A stretch of 64,000 nt of DNA from an uncultured Chitinophaga sp. (GTDB lineage Bacteria; Bacteroidota; Bacteroidia; UBA7662): assembly GCA_964577055.1 (NCBI GenBank), contig CAZNWC010000005.1:50924-114923 (forward strand), given 5' to 3'. The position numbers and the translations under genes are program-made. Under the pieces are notes generated by a model, which searched no databases, was not told the DNA's origin, and saw only the letters and a list, made by a program, of their open reading frames with translations. The first letter of the stretch is position 1. Every line of letters begins with the position of its first letter. This document shows, in pieces, positions 8,192-17,700 of the stretch.

Positions 8192-9028
8192 TTACCCAAA
8201 TCTTTGTCCCAGCCACAGCAAGCCGGGTACCAACCCCAGCAGTCCATCTACCCAAAACAAATACATCCATGCACGCTCGCGCCTTGCAGTCCAAGCCGAA
8301 ATGCCCAAGCTGAGGCCAAAAGAAAACAAGATGAAGTAAACATTCAAATCACTGAATGACAAGACTAAATAAGCAGTTAGTGCATGTAAAAGTATAAGTA
8401 ATCCAACGAGCTGATTGATTGATCTAGCGCGCCACACATTGGCGGTGTACACCCAACCATCATGCTTTCGATCGCGCCATTCAAAAACCAAACTCAGGCA
8501 AACAATCCATACGAAATAGCCCAAAGTCAGCAGCAGTGGGGCATGCGTCCGGTGGCCTGTTTCGGCTAACAACATTCCCGGTCCCACCCAAGTCCAAACG
8601 CCGGCCACCAGCAGCGGCTTCAGCCAGCCAATGCGTTTGGGGCCAAAGGCGAAACGCGCGGGAATAGAGTACAACAAGGCAATGCCAGTACCCGCAAGAA
8701 GTGCCCATTGCGTGCTTTGGGTCAAAAGTATAAATATGAAAGCGCTCAAAATGCCCGGCAAAACTGTAAAAAGGAGCCATTCGCCTGCGTGTGCGCTCAA
8801 CCAGAGAAGCCGTTCATTTTGGGGCCGGTCAAACCACAGATCTACCCAACGGTCGAGGTTGTAGTAGGTGAGGGTGGCTGCAAAGAGGAAGAGGTCGAGC
8901 CTGGGAACAGGCGCTGTGTGAAGCAACAGCGCCGCAAAATGCGGTTGCACGGCAGCCATGCAGGCAATCCACAGGTTGCCATACAGCAGCCGCTTGATCA
9001 ACGGTTGCAGATGCTGCTGAAATCGCAT
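8192..9028 (-). CDS. Polytopic membrane protein, UbiA-prenyltransferase-like
   Basis: Multiple hydrophobic helices and two DxxxD motifs (YNLDRWVD and WRDRKHD) spaced as in UbiA-family enzymes. The longest ORF starts at 9085. The Met at 9028 reduces overlap with the upstream gene. Confidence 0.45.
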   Translation of the reverse strand: MRFQQHLQPLIKRLLYGNLWIACMAAVQPHFAALLLHTAPVPRLDLFLFAATLTYYNLDRWVDLWFDRPQNERLLWLSAHAGEWLLFTVLPGILSAFIFILLTQSTQWALLAGTGIALLYSIPARFAFGPKRIGWLKPLLVAGVWTWVGPGMLLAETGHRTHAPLLLTLGYFVWIVCLSLVFEWRDRKHDGWVYTANVWRARSINQLVGLLILLHALTAYLVLSFSDLNVYFILFSFGLSLGISAWTARRERAWMYLFWVDGLLGLVPGLLWLGQRFG

Positions 9029-11733
9029 TTGGCGCACTGCTTCAGGTCGTCGGTTTGGGTGATGTCGCGCTCTGCATCCAGCCACTGGTTGATCAGCTGT
9101 TTTACGGCTGCTTCAAACCATACGAGCGCCTTTTCCATGTCGATGCCACTGAGTTGGAGGCTGCTGATGCCGCTGTTGAGCTTGCGAAAGCTCCAAATGC
9201 CGGCTTCGGGCCAATCGGTGGGCGCATGTGCCTGATGCTTGTACAGCCATACATAGGCCAATAACTGCAAAGCCTTGGCTTTTTCGGGCAAAAGCAAGTC
9301 CTCGGGAGCATTTAGGATGATTTCCTTGTCCTCAAAGTTTCCTGTTTTGTAATCGATGATGCGGGTGGTGCCGGCAAATTGGTCAACCCGGTCAACTATA
9401 CCGCTGATGGTGATTGCCCGCTCAGCCCACTTCAGCTCGGCCTCCCAACGGGTTTCTTGGGCCAACACTGCCAATTCACCCTCAGCGATACTGGCGATTT
9501 CAGCATCAAAAAAACGGTGCAAATAGTCGTCGCAAACGGCCAACAACAGCACATTGAGTCCTTGTTTAAAATCGCGGCTACCAAAATGTTGTTCCACCCA
9601 GGCACGCAAGGTGGCAGGCGCCTCCTGTTGCATCCGCTCCAAAATTGGCGCGTTGAGTACTTCTCCAACATAGGGAGCATACAATTGCTCCAATGTGCCA
9701 TGCAACAAACTGCCTAATTCATTCACTTCGAGTGCATCGGCCAGATTTTGCATGGGCTTGAGTCCGAGTACTCTTTTAAAGTAAAACTTTAATTCACAAG
9801 AAATAAGGTCTTGTAAAGCTGATGGTGATATTTTTCGTTGGATGCTGGCCTTAAGCTGCGTTAACAGCTCATTTGTTTTGCGAATGCGGATATCGGCGGT
9901 GGTGCTGCCGGGTTCGTTTTGCTGGGGCACCAGTTGTTTCCGGCTGAAGTTTCCGCGGGCAACGCCCGGCCACTCAAGTGCAATTTGGGCAATGTAGCGC
10001 GAAGGTTCACCTTTGCCCATATCGTCAAGATGATTGCTGCACAAGAGCAAAGTGGCGTCGGCATGTTGCAGCAAGCGGTAAAAATGGTAGGCAAATACAG
10101 CCTCTTTTTCACGTGGACCGGGCAATCCGAATTCGCGCCGCAGGCTGTAGGTGATGTAACCATCTTGCCGACTGCTGAGTGGCAATTTGCCTTCGTTTAA
10201 ACCCACGACCACCACATGCGAAAAAGCCAAAGCACGTGTTTCAAGCAGTCCCATGACTTGCAAGCCGGCCAATGGTTCGCCCAAAAAGGCCACTTGTTCA
10301 CGTTTGGCTGTTTGCAAAAAGAGCTGTCTGAAAAGCGACCACTGGTTTAATGCTGCAAAACGACGGAGATGGACACCCAGACGCCGCAACAAGGTGATGG
10401 CTTGCAAGCCCATGGCATGCTGCAAATGATCGTCTTCGCTCACCAGCTCCCTGAAGAGTTGCTCCCAAGCCAACAGCCATCCGTTTGGTGTCGCCGCCAC
10501 ATCTAACCAATTTTCATCCCATTTCTGAAATAGTTGATTGAATATACTATTGGCATGCGACAAGCTCAACCACATCTGTCCGCTACACAGCAACTGGTTT
10601 TCAATCGCCCGTACCTGCTTTTTGCCACGCAGGAGCGGATGGCGTAAAATGGGCAGCAACTGACGTAGGTGCAATTTGCCTTGTGGGAGCTTGTCGAGCA
10701 AGTCTAGCCAAACAATCAACCAGCTGTAGGCGTGACTTTCGGTAAAGGGATAACCCAAGGTCACATTGCAGGCAGGTAAATCAGCAGGCAATGCCGAAAG
10801 GAGCGGAACCAGCATCTGCTCATCGGCCAACACCACCACACATGCTTCGGCAGGCACGCCAGCTGCCAGCCATTCGCTGATTTGCGCTGAAGCTTGCTGC
10901 AATTGAGCCGACCAGCCCAAGCATTCAACCACCTCGATATTGCTTGTACCAGCCGCCAATCGGCCATTGATAAGCAAATCGCGCCGCATGACGGCATGGT
11001 CCAGGTAAGGCCTCAAAAACAAACCTGCTTCATGTTCCTCTTGCAGATAATATGTATCGGCTTCAAAGAAGGCCCTGGCCTCAAATTGCTTGATGCACTG
11101 TGCCATGATTTGTTCTTCAGCGGGATTGAGCGCGTTAAATCCGGCAAAAAAGTAATGATCGAAGGTTGGGGTATGTGCTTTTTTAACGAGTTGTTCGGCC
11201 AAGGCGCGGGCCATCATGCTTTGCCATGCAATCCCCTTTTCCAATTGTTTCTCGCGTAAACGGTGATACAAGCTGCCGAGGCGTCGGTAAAAATTGAGGA
11301 ATTGGGTTGCTGCTTGTCCGAGTTGTCCGCTCTCCGGCGACCATAAATCGATGGCTTTTTCCTGGCTCAAATAACCAAATACCTGATTGGCATCGAGCAG
11401 GTAGGCATCTACTTCACTAAAATCGGCCAAAACTTCAGGTGCCCAATGTAAAAACGACTCAAGTGGCTCATCGGGCACCATTTCCAGGTAAGCTTCGTAC
11501 AAGGCAAATTGCAATTCAAGCGGTTCGGCCTGGCGCCAACCAGTTTCCACTGCCAGCCAATCAGGCAAAGTGAATATGGCGGGGGCGAATACCGCCTGTT
11601 CGAGTCGTTGGGCCAAAAGCTTGCGGAAAGCTACTCCTGCTCGCCGACTGGGGAATACCAAGGCCGTACGTGGCCATTCCTTTTGTGGTATAGCGAGCAG
11701 GGCTTCAAGCAGGGTTGGGAGTAGGGAGGCCAT
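8998..11733 (-). CDS. AddB-like PD-(D/E)XK nuclease family protein with Fe-S cluster cysteines
   Basis: 911 aa. The C-terminal nuclease block contains IIDYKTG and the terminal CAKCDFSSIC (C-x2-C-x5-C) cluster seen in AddB-type nucleases. I saw no Walker A motif in the N-terminal helicase-like region. Confidence 0.7.
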   Translation of the reverse strand: MASLLPTLLEALLAIPQKEWPRTALVFPSRRAGVAFRKLLAQRLEQAVFAPAIFTLPDWLAVETGWRQAEPLELQFALYEAYLEMVPDEPLESFLHWAPEVLADFSEVDAYLLDANQVFGYLSQEKAIDLWSPESGQLGQAATQFLNFYRRLGSLYHRLREKQLEKGIAWQSMMARALAEQLVKKAHTPTFDHYFFAGFNALNPAEEQIMAQCIKQFEARAFFEADTYYLQEEHEAGLFLRPYLDHAVMRRDLLINGRLAAGTSNIEVVECLGWSAQLQQASAQISEWLAAGVPAEACVVVLADEQMLVPLLSALPADLPACNVTLGYPFTESHAYSWLIVWLDLLDKLPQGKLHLRQLLPILRHPLLRGKKQVRAIENQLLCSGQMWLSLSHANSIFNQLFQKWDENWLDVAATPNGWLLAWEQLFRELVSEDDHLQHAMGLQAITLLRRLGVHLRRFAALNQWSLFRQLFLQTAKREQVAFLGEPLAGLQVMGLLETRALAFSHVVVVGLNEGKLPLSSRQDGYITYSLRREFGLPGPREKEAVFAYHFYRLLQHADATLLLCSNHLDDMGKGEPSRYIAQIALEWPGVARGNFSRKQLVPQQNEPGSTTADIRIRKTNELLTQLKASIQRKISPSALQDLISCELKFYFKRVLGLKPMQNLADALEVNELGSLLHGTLEQLYAPYVGEVLNAPILERMQQEAPATLRAWVEQHFGSRDFKQGLNVLLLAVCDDYLHRFFDAEIASIAEGELAVLAQETRWEAELKWAERAITISGIVDRVDQFAGTTRIIDYKTGNFEDKEIILNAPEDLLLPEKAKALQLLAYVWLYKHQAHAPTDWPEAGIWSFRKLNSGISSLQLSGIDMEKALVWFEAAVKQLINQWLDAERDITQTDDLKQCAKCDFSSICNR

Positions 11734-11837
11734 GCTACAAACATACCAACTCGCTGCAATTGCTGGGGCAGTGTGAAAAACTTTGCTGTTGCTGTAACAT
11801 CTATGCAGCGACTTGCTCTAAATCCAAAAACGAAAGA

Positions 11838-12665
11838 ATGAAAGCACTACTCTTCATGTTCTTTGCTTTGAGCATTACCTCATTAAAAGCAAATCAACCA
11901 TTTGTTGTTCAGGAATATGGCACAAATGGAGATGCCGTTGTTTTGATTCCTGGTTATGCTTCCTCGCCCGAAGTATGGTCTTCAACCATCGCCCATTTGG
12001 AAAAGTCGTACCGCCTGTATGTTTTGCACTTTGCGGGTTTTGCTGGCAGGCCTGCGGCACCGGCACCGGGATTTGACAAGTGGGCCGAAGCGGTTGTTGC
12101 GTGGCTGGATAAATTGCCCGAATCTGAGCTAACGGTGATTGGCCACAGCATGGGCGGGGTGATGGCTTTGCAGCTGGCCGCCGAATTGCCCGAAAAGGTG
12201 AAAAAGGTAGTGGTGGTAGATGCCCTCCCTTGCTTGAGCGCGCTGAACAACCCAAACTTCAAAGCCGATCCCTCCTTTTCGTGTGAAGCCAGCATCAAAC
12301 AGATGTCGTCTTTGAGCGATTCGGCATTCAGGGCCATGCAGCAACAAGGAGCCCCATGGTTGGTGAATGATGCAGCTTGGCAGCAAAAATTGGTTGATTG
12401 GAGCATGCAAAGCGACCGATTTACTTTGGCAGCGGTGTATTGCAGTTTTCTTCAAACCGATATGCGCCCCCAATTGGCCCGCATCAAGGCAAAAGTACTG
12501 GTACAGCTCGAAGCTCCCTTTACCGGCTACCAAAATGCCATTGCTGCGCAATACGCCAATTTACCTGGGGTTCAGCTGGCATACGCGCCCAAAGGACTAC
12601 ATTTCGTGATGATTGACGCCGCCGATTGGTATTTCGAAAGCCTTACCGCATTTTTGAAGCCATGA
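11838..12665 (+). CDS. Secreted alpha/beta hydrolase
   Basis: Signal peptide MKALLFMFFALSITSLKA and nucleophile elbow VIGHSMGG. The longest ORF (from 11715) adds an implausible Cys-rich leader. Confidence 0.75.
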   Translation: MKALLFMFFALSITSLKANQPFVVQEYGTNGDAVVLIPGYASSPEVWSSTIAHLEKSYRLYVLHFAGFAGRPAAPAPGFDKWAEAVVAWLDKLPESELTVIGHSMGGVMALQLAAELPEKVKKVVVVDALPCLSALNNPNFKADPSFSCEASIKQMSSLSDSAFRAMQQQGAPWLVNDAAWQQKLVDWSMQSDRFTLAAVYCSFLQTDMRPQLARIKAKVLVQLEAPFTGYQNAIAAQYANLPGVQLAYAPKGLHFVMIDAADWYFESLTAFLKP

Positions 12666-13132
12666 GTTCGTTCCAACAAGTGTATGAAGCCTATTGGCCA
12701 CGTATTTACCGATTGTGCCTGGCTTATGTGGGCGATCAGGAATGGGCAAAAGATGTATGCCAAGAGTGTTTCGAAATTGCCTGGCGACAACGCAATCAAT
12801 TCAGGGAAGAAGCTCAAATGAGCAGCTGGATATTCCGAATTGCGGTGAATTTGTGCTTGCGCCAGCTCAAAAGGGCAGAAAAGCAATCGGGCTGGGAAGC
12901 TGAGCACCACGAGCGCCAACAATTGCAGCAAGAACGACGCACCGATTTGGAGATGCGCTTGTACGAAGCCATTGGACAATTGCCCGAAATCGACCGATTG
13001 CTCATTTCATTGCACCTCGAGCAAATGCCCCAACAGCAAATTGCTGAGCTTCTCGACTTATCGCACGCCAATGTGCGCGTGCGCATTCACCGCATCAAAG
13101 AACAACTCCATCAACGATTAAGCGAACAATAA
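12662..13132 (+). CDS. RNA polymerase sigma-70 factor, ECF subfamily
   Basis: Region 2 (YWPRIYRLCLAYVGDQEWAKDVCQECFEIAW) and region 4 HTH (QQIAELLDLSHANVRVRIHRIKEQL). ATG at 12662 overlaps the hydrolase stop (ATGA). Confidence 0.85.
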   Translation: MSSFQQVYEAYWPRIYRLCLAYVGDQEWAKDVCQECFEIAWRQRNQFREEAQMSSWIFRIAVNLCLRQLKRAEKQSGWEAEHHERQQLQQERRTDLEMRLYEAIGQLPEIDRLLISLHLEQMPQQQIAELLDLSHANVRVRIHRIKEQLHQRLSEQ

Positions 13133-13133
13133 C

Positions 13134-13718
13134 ATGGACAAACCGACCTTAGAACAGCTTTGGCAGCAGACGCCAATTGCTCCACCCAATTGGGAAGCAT
13201 TTGCCCAAATGGCAACCGAACGTGAAGTAAAAAAACGCAATGAACGCAATAGGGTCAATTTCTTACTTGGAGGAACCATTGCTTTTGTGGCCTTTATTGC
13301 ATTCGCTTATTGGCCCATGAAATGGCATACTTTGCTGGGAATCGTCCTCACCGTAGCAAGTATGCTCATTTATCTCTGGCAATTCAACCGCAACAGCAAA
13401 ACATGGCCCGAGGCGCTTTCAACAACCAACGCCCGCCAGTATTTGGCATGGTTGCGCCAAGATCGGCAGCGAGAACTGTATTTGGGCCGCCAACTCATGA
13501 CGACCTACTTTTTGATGCTCAGCACAGGCATTCTGCTCTACATGTGGGAGTTTGCACAGCGCATGCCGGGTTGGTACGGCTGGCTGGCCTATGCCATGGC
13601 CATTGGATGGTTTGGTGTGAATTGGCTGGTTTTTCGACCCCGCATTTTGAAAAAGCGAGAGGCGGCCACCAATCGGTTGATTGAACAATTGGAAGCGTTG
13701 CAAGAGCAGCTGACATAA
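13134..13718 (+). CDS. Membrane protein, putative cognate anti-sigma factor
   Basis: Starts 2 nt after the ECF sigma stop. Short cytoplasmic N-terminus followed by about 4 TM helices. No ZAS motif seen. Assignment is by position only. Confidence 0.45.
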   Translation: MDKPTLEQLWQQTPIAPPNWEAFAQMATEREVKKRNERNRVNFLLGGTIAFVAFIAFAYWPMKWHTLLGIVLTVASMLIYLWQFNRNSKTWPEALSTTNARQYLAWLRQDRQRELYLGRQLMTTYFLMLSTGILLYMWEFAQRMPGWYGWLAYAMAIGWFGVNWLVFRPRILKKREAATNRLIEQLEALQEQLT

Positions 13719-13722
13719 AAAA

Positions 13723-13748
13723 AGCGGGCCATTTGGCCCGCTTTTCTA
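13723..13748. terminator. Bidirectional intrinsic terminator
   Basis: agcgggcc-attt-ggcccgct hairpin flanked by A-run and T-run, between convergent genes ending at 13718 and 13763. Confidence 0.75.
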
Positions 13749-13762
13749 TTTGATGGCTGGTT

Positions 13763-16030
13763 TTAGCCAGCAAACTGCGCACGTATGATGTTCAAGGCCG
13801 CACCGGCTTTGAACCACTCAATTTGCTGTTCATTGTAGCTGTGGTTGGCCACAATTTCATCCTTGCTGCCATCGGCATGGTTGAGCACAATGGTCAACGG
13901 CTTGCCGGGAACAAAGCTGGTGAGGCCAAGAATGTCGATGCTGTCGTTTTCCTGCACCTTCTCGTAATCGGCCTTGTTCGCAAATGTCAAGGCCAACATA
14001 CCCTGCTTCTTGAGATTGGTTTCGTGGATACGGGCAAACGACTTCACCAAGATCGCACGAACACCCAAGTGACGTGGCTCCATGGCCGCATGCTCGCGCG
14101 ATGAACCTTCACCATAGTTTTCGTCACCTACCACAACCGAGCCGATGCCAGCTGCCTTGTAGGCACGCTGCACTGCGGGCACTTCACCGTATTCGCCATT
14201 GATCTGGTTTTTCACCTTGTTGGCGGTTTCGTTGAAGTAGTTGATGCCCCCAATGAGCAGGTTGTTCGAAATGTTGTCGAGGTGACCGCGGAAGCGCAAC
14301 CATGGACCAGCCATCGAAATGTGGTCGGTGGTACACTTGCCCTTGGCCTTGATAAGGAGCTTGAGACCGTGTAAATCGGTTCCTTCCCATGCCTTGAATG
14401 GATCGAGCAACTGCAAGCGCTCCGAAGTGGGCGAGACAGCCACTTGTACCTTGCTGCCGTCTTCTGCAGGGGCTTGGTAGCCTGCATCTTCAACGGCAAA
14501 GCCCTTGGTTGGCAGGTCTAAACCCTTTGGTTCTTCAAGCTTTACTTGCTCTCCTTTTTCGTTGGTAAGGGTGTCGGTTACCGGATTGAAGGTGAGGTCA
14601 CCGGCTATGGCCAAAGCGGTCACTATTTCAGGCGAGGCCACGAAAGCGTGGGTATTGGGATTACCGTCGGCACGCTTGGCAAAGTTGCGGTTGAAAGAAG
14701 TGATGATCGAGTTCTTCTCCTGCTTCTCGGCACCGTGACGTGCCCACTGACCAATACATGGTCCGCAAGCGTTGGCCAAAACCACGCCACCCATTTGGTC
14801 GAAAGTGGCCAAGAAACCGTCGCGCTCCACAGTGTAACGAACCATTTCAGAACCAGGTGTGATGGTGTATTCCGCCTTTGCTTTGAGGTTTTTGTCAACA
14901 GCCTGTTGTGCCAATGAAGCGGCACGACTGATGTCTTCATACGAAGAGTTGGTACATGAGCCAATCAAACCCACATCCAATTTGGCAGGCCAGCCGTTTT
15001 CACGTACTGCTTGGGCGAATTTGCTCAAAGGCCAAGCCAAGTCAGGCGTGAATGGACCGTTGATGTGCGGCTCCAACTCGCTCAAGTTGATTTCAATTAC
15101 TTGGTCGAAATATTTCTCTGGGTTGGCATATACCTCTGCATCACCGGTGAGGTGCTCAGCAATGCCATCTGCCAAGGCAGCTACTTCTGCACGACCTGTA
15201 CCGCGCAAGTAGCTGGCGCTGTTGGCATCGTAACCGAAGATGGATGTGGTAGCCCCAATTTCGGCTCCCATATTACAAATGGTTCCTTTGCCGGTAGCCG
15301 AAAGTGAACGAGCACCTTCGCCGAAATACTCAACAATATGGTCGGTACCACCTTTTACGGTAAGAATACCGGCTACTTTCAAAATCACGTCCTTGGCAGA
15401 GGTCCAGCCACTAAGCTTACCCGTGAGCTTCACGCCGATGAGCTTCGGAAACTTGAGTTCCCAAGCCAATCCAGCCATTACGTCGCAAGCATCGGCGCCA
15501 CCTACACCAATGGCAATCATGCCCAAACCACCCGCATTGGGGGTGTGTGAGTCGGTACCAATCATCATGCCTCCAGGGAACGCATAGTTTTCAAGCACAA
15601 CCTGGTGAATGATACCCGCACCGGCTTTCCAAAAGCCAATGCCATACTTGTTCGATACGGATGCAAGGAAGTCGTATACTTCTTTGTTTTTGTCAACCGC
15701 TGTTTGCAAATCTTCTACCGCGCCTACTTTGGCTTGGATGAGGTGATCACAGTGAACAGTAGAGGGTACTGCTACTTGGTCGCGACCTGCCTGCATAAAC
15801 TGCAACAAAGCCATTTGTGCAGTGGCATCTTGCATCGCCACACGGTCGGGTGCAAAGTCTACGTATGACACACCTCGTGCGAAATCCTCGGTGGCTTCTC
15901 CCTGCCACAAATGGGCATACAGAATTTTTTCGGTGAGGGTAAGGGGACGGTTTACAGCACTGCGCGCAGCGGCCACTCGGGCCGGAATACGGCTGTAAAC
16001 CTGTTTGATCATATCCAAATCAAATACCAT
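13763..16030 (-). CDS. acnA: Aconitate hydratase (about 755 aa)
   Basis: Fe-S cluster ligands IGSCTNSS and [10 protein letters not shown], plus the swivel-domain C-terminus. ATG at 16030 ([12 protein letters not shown]...) was chosen; the 55-codon extension to 16195 overlaps the divergent gene. Confidence 0.92.
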   Translation of the reverse strand: MVFDLDMIKQVYSRIPARVAAARSAVNRPLTLTEKILYAHLWQGEATEDFARGVSYVDFAPDRVAMQDATAQMALLQFMQAGRDQVAVPSTVHCDHLIQAKVGAVEDLQTAVDKNKEVYDFLASVSNKYGIGFWKAGAGIIHQVVLENYAFPGGMMIGTDSHTPNAGGLGMIAIGVGGADACDVMAGLAWELKFPKLIGVKLTGKLSGWTSAKDVILKVAGILTVKGGTDHIVEYFGEGARSLSATGKGTICNMGAEIGATTSIFGYDANSASYLRGTGRAEVAALADGIAEHLTGDAEVYANPEKYFDQVIEINLSELEPHINGPFTPDLAWPLSKFAQAVRENGWPAKLDVGLIGSCTNSSYEDISRAASLAQQAVDKNLKAKAEYTITPGSEMVRYTVERDGFLATFDQMGGVVLANACGPCIGQWARHGAEKQEKNSIITSFNRNFAKRADGNPNTHAFVASPEIVTALAIAGDLTFNPVTDTLTNEKGEQVKLEEPKGLDLPTKGFAVEDAGYQAPAEDGSKVQVAVSPTSERLQLLDPFKAWEGTDLHGLKLLIKAKGKCTTDHISMAGPWLRFRGHLDNISNNLLIGGINYFNETANKVKNQINGEYGEVPAVQRAYKAAGIGSVVVGDENYGEGSSREHAAMEPRHLGVRAILVKSFARIHETNLKKQGMLALTFANKADYEKVQENDSIDILGLTSFVPGKPLTIVLNHADGSKDEIVANHSYNEQQIEWFKAGAALNIIRAQFAG

Positions 16031-16179
16031 GGGAATCAATGATTTTATGCAGGTTGAACTTCTTGAAATTTGCATGCGAAAATACGAAAACAGCACCTGA
16101 AATGGAGGTGAACTATTAAAAAACATCAAGATTTTAGAAATACATAGCGAACTGCCGTTGCTCGACTTAAATTCGTGCC

Positions 16180-17415
16180 ATGCAACTGCGTGCAATCGAC
16201 AACCTTCGCATCGCCATGGGGGCGATTTTGGCCAATAAACTCCGAACGGGCTTAACTGCGCTCATCATAGCCATCGGCATCACAGCACTCGTCGGAATTC
16301 TTACATCAATTGATGCTTTAGAGAAGTCGCTTACCGATACTTTCACTAGCATGGGAGCCAATACGTTCAGCATCCGGAACCGTGGATTAAACATCAGCTT
16401 TGGCGGACCAAGGAGGAGGGTAGCCAAGAAAATAATTTCTTTTAAAGAGGCAGAAGCTTTTCGAGATCGTTTTGAGTTTCCCTCCCAAATCGCAATTTCT
16501 GGAGTGGTATCTGGAGCCTCCACTATCAAATTTGAACACAAAAAAACCAATCCCAACGTAACCGTTTTTGCGAGCGACGAAAATTACCTAGCAACAGGGG
16601 CGATTGATTTGGACAAAGGCAGAAATTTCACCCCCACCGAAATCAGGTCGGGGAGCAATGTGGTGTTGTTGGGCTCAGAGGTAGCATCAAATCTGTTCAA
16701 GGAAGAAAATCCCGAGAATAAGTTGGTTAAAATAGGCAATGGCAAATACCGGGTCATTGGAGTTATGGCATCAAAGGGTTCAAGTTTCGGACAGAATGGC
16801 GACCGTTCTGTGGTGATACCCATTTCCAATGCCCGCAGCTTTTTTCCGGACCCCAATCGTTCTTATGTGGTTTCTGTGCTTATCAATGATCCTACACTGC
16901 TGCAAGCTGCTGTAGAAGAAGCCAATGGTTTGTTCAGGGTCACCAGAAGATTGCGGCCTGATCAGGACGACAATTTTGACATCCTCAAATCAGACAGTTT
17001 TGCAAGCAGCCTTATCAGTAACCTCAGTTTTGTGGGAATAGCTGCTACCGCCATTGGCTTTATTACCTTGTTTGGGGCTGCCATCGGCCTGATGAATATC
17101 ATGTTGGTATCGGTAACTGAACGTACCCGCGAGATTGGTACACGTAAAGCTTTGGGGGCAACGCAACAAGCCATTAGGCAACAGTTCTTATTCGAGGCAC
17201 TTGCTATTGGTCAACTTGGAGGACTGGGAGGAATTGTTATGGGCTTGGTTGTAGGCAATATAGTGTCGTTTGTGGTAGGCGTAGGCTTCATCATTCCATG
17301 GCTGTGGATTTTTTCTGGTGTAATTTTATGTTTGTTAGTAGGCTTGATTTCAGGCTATTATCCTGCTGCAAAGGCGGCCGGACTCGATCCAATTGAAGCT
17401 TTGCGTTACGAATAG
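16180..17415 (+). CDS. ABC transporter permease, FtsX/MacB family
   Basis: N-terminal TM ([18 protein letters not shown]), a large periplasmic domain, and the C-terminal FtsX block ...[20 protein letters not shown]... followed by 3 TM helices. Confidence 0.85.
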   Translation: MQLRAIDNLRIAMGAILANKLRTGLTALIIAIGITALVGILTSIDALEKSLTDTFTSMGANTFSIRNRGLNISFGGPRRRVAKKIISFKEAEAFRDRFEFPSQIAISGVVSGASTIKFEHKKTNPNVTVFASDENYLATGAIDLDKGRNFTPTEIRSGSNVVLLGSEVASNLFKEENPENKLVKIGNGKYRVIGVMASKGSSFGQNGDRSVVIPISNARSFFPDPNRSYVVSVLINDPTLLQAAVEEANGLFRVTRRLRPDQDDNFDILKSDSFASSLISNLSFVGIAATAIGFITLFGAAIGLMNIMLVSVTERTREIGTRKALGATQQAIRQQFLFEALAIGQLGGLGGIVMGLVVGNIVSFVVGVGFIIPWLWIFSGVILCLLVGLISGYYPAAKAAGLDPIEALRYE

Positions 17416-17445
17416 TTTGCACAAATAATTTTGTCGCTATATTTG
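17416..17445 (+). promoter_or_regulatory. Bacteroidota-type sigma-A promoter for the tRNA pair
   Basis: TTTG at 17416-17419 and TATATTTG (TAnnTTTG -7 consensus) at 17438-17445, 13 nt upstream of the tRNA-Cys 5' end. Confidence 0.45.
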
Positions 17446-17457
17446 CACTCCCATCCG

Positions 17458-17528
17458 GGTCGGATGGCCGAGTGGCTAGGCAGAGCTCTGCAAAAGCTCC
17501 TACAGCGGTTCGAATCCGCTTCCGACCT
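17458..17528 (+). tRNA. tRNA-Cys (GCA)
   Basis: Folded by hand. Acceptor GGTCGGA/TCCGACC; perfect anticodon stem GAGCT/AGCTC with loop CTGCAAA; T-arm AGCGG-TTCGAAT-CCGCT; discriminator U, the CysRS identity element. Confidence 0.8.
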
Positions 17529-17553
17529 CATCCACTCGGTGGAAGAAAAGATT

Positions 17554-17637
17554 GCCCAGGTGGCGGAATTGGTAGACGCGCTGGTCTCAAACACCTGTGA
17601 GGTTACACTCGTACCGGTTCGACTCCGGTCCTGGGCA
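17554..17637 (+). tRNA. tRNA-Leu (CAA), class II with long variable arm
   Basis: Acceptor GCCCAGG/CCTGGGC; D-loop GGCGGAATTGGTAGACGC; anticodon loop CTCAAAC; long variable arm; T-arm ACCGG-TTCGACT-CCGGT; discriminator A. Confidence 0.85.
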
Positions 17638-17640
17638 CAA

Positions 17641-17668
17641 ACCCGGTCAGAAATGACCGGGTTTTTTG
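17641..17668 (+). terminator. Intrinsic terminator after the tRNA pair
   Basis: acccggtca-gaaa-tgaccgggt hairpin followed by a T6 run. Confidence 0.8.
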
Positions 17669-17700
17669 TTTGTGCTTCTCTTACATTTTCAGCATTTTTG

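Noticed and set aside
1-16000. Impression that the left ~16 kb is more GC-rich than the rest (possible island or compositional boundary near the tRNA genes)
   Set aside because: Spot counts of individual 60-nt lines ranged from about 38 to 63 percent GC on the left and about 35 to 60 percent on the right. The left region also contains core genes such as aconitase. This is not robust without a proper sliding-window or k-mer analysis.
16031-16195. 55-codon N-terminal extension of the aconitase ORF
   Set aside because: The extension ([18 protein letters not shown]...) is unlike aconitase N-termini. It overlaps the divergent permease start at 16180. The Met at 16030 gives the normal ~755-aa protein.
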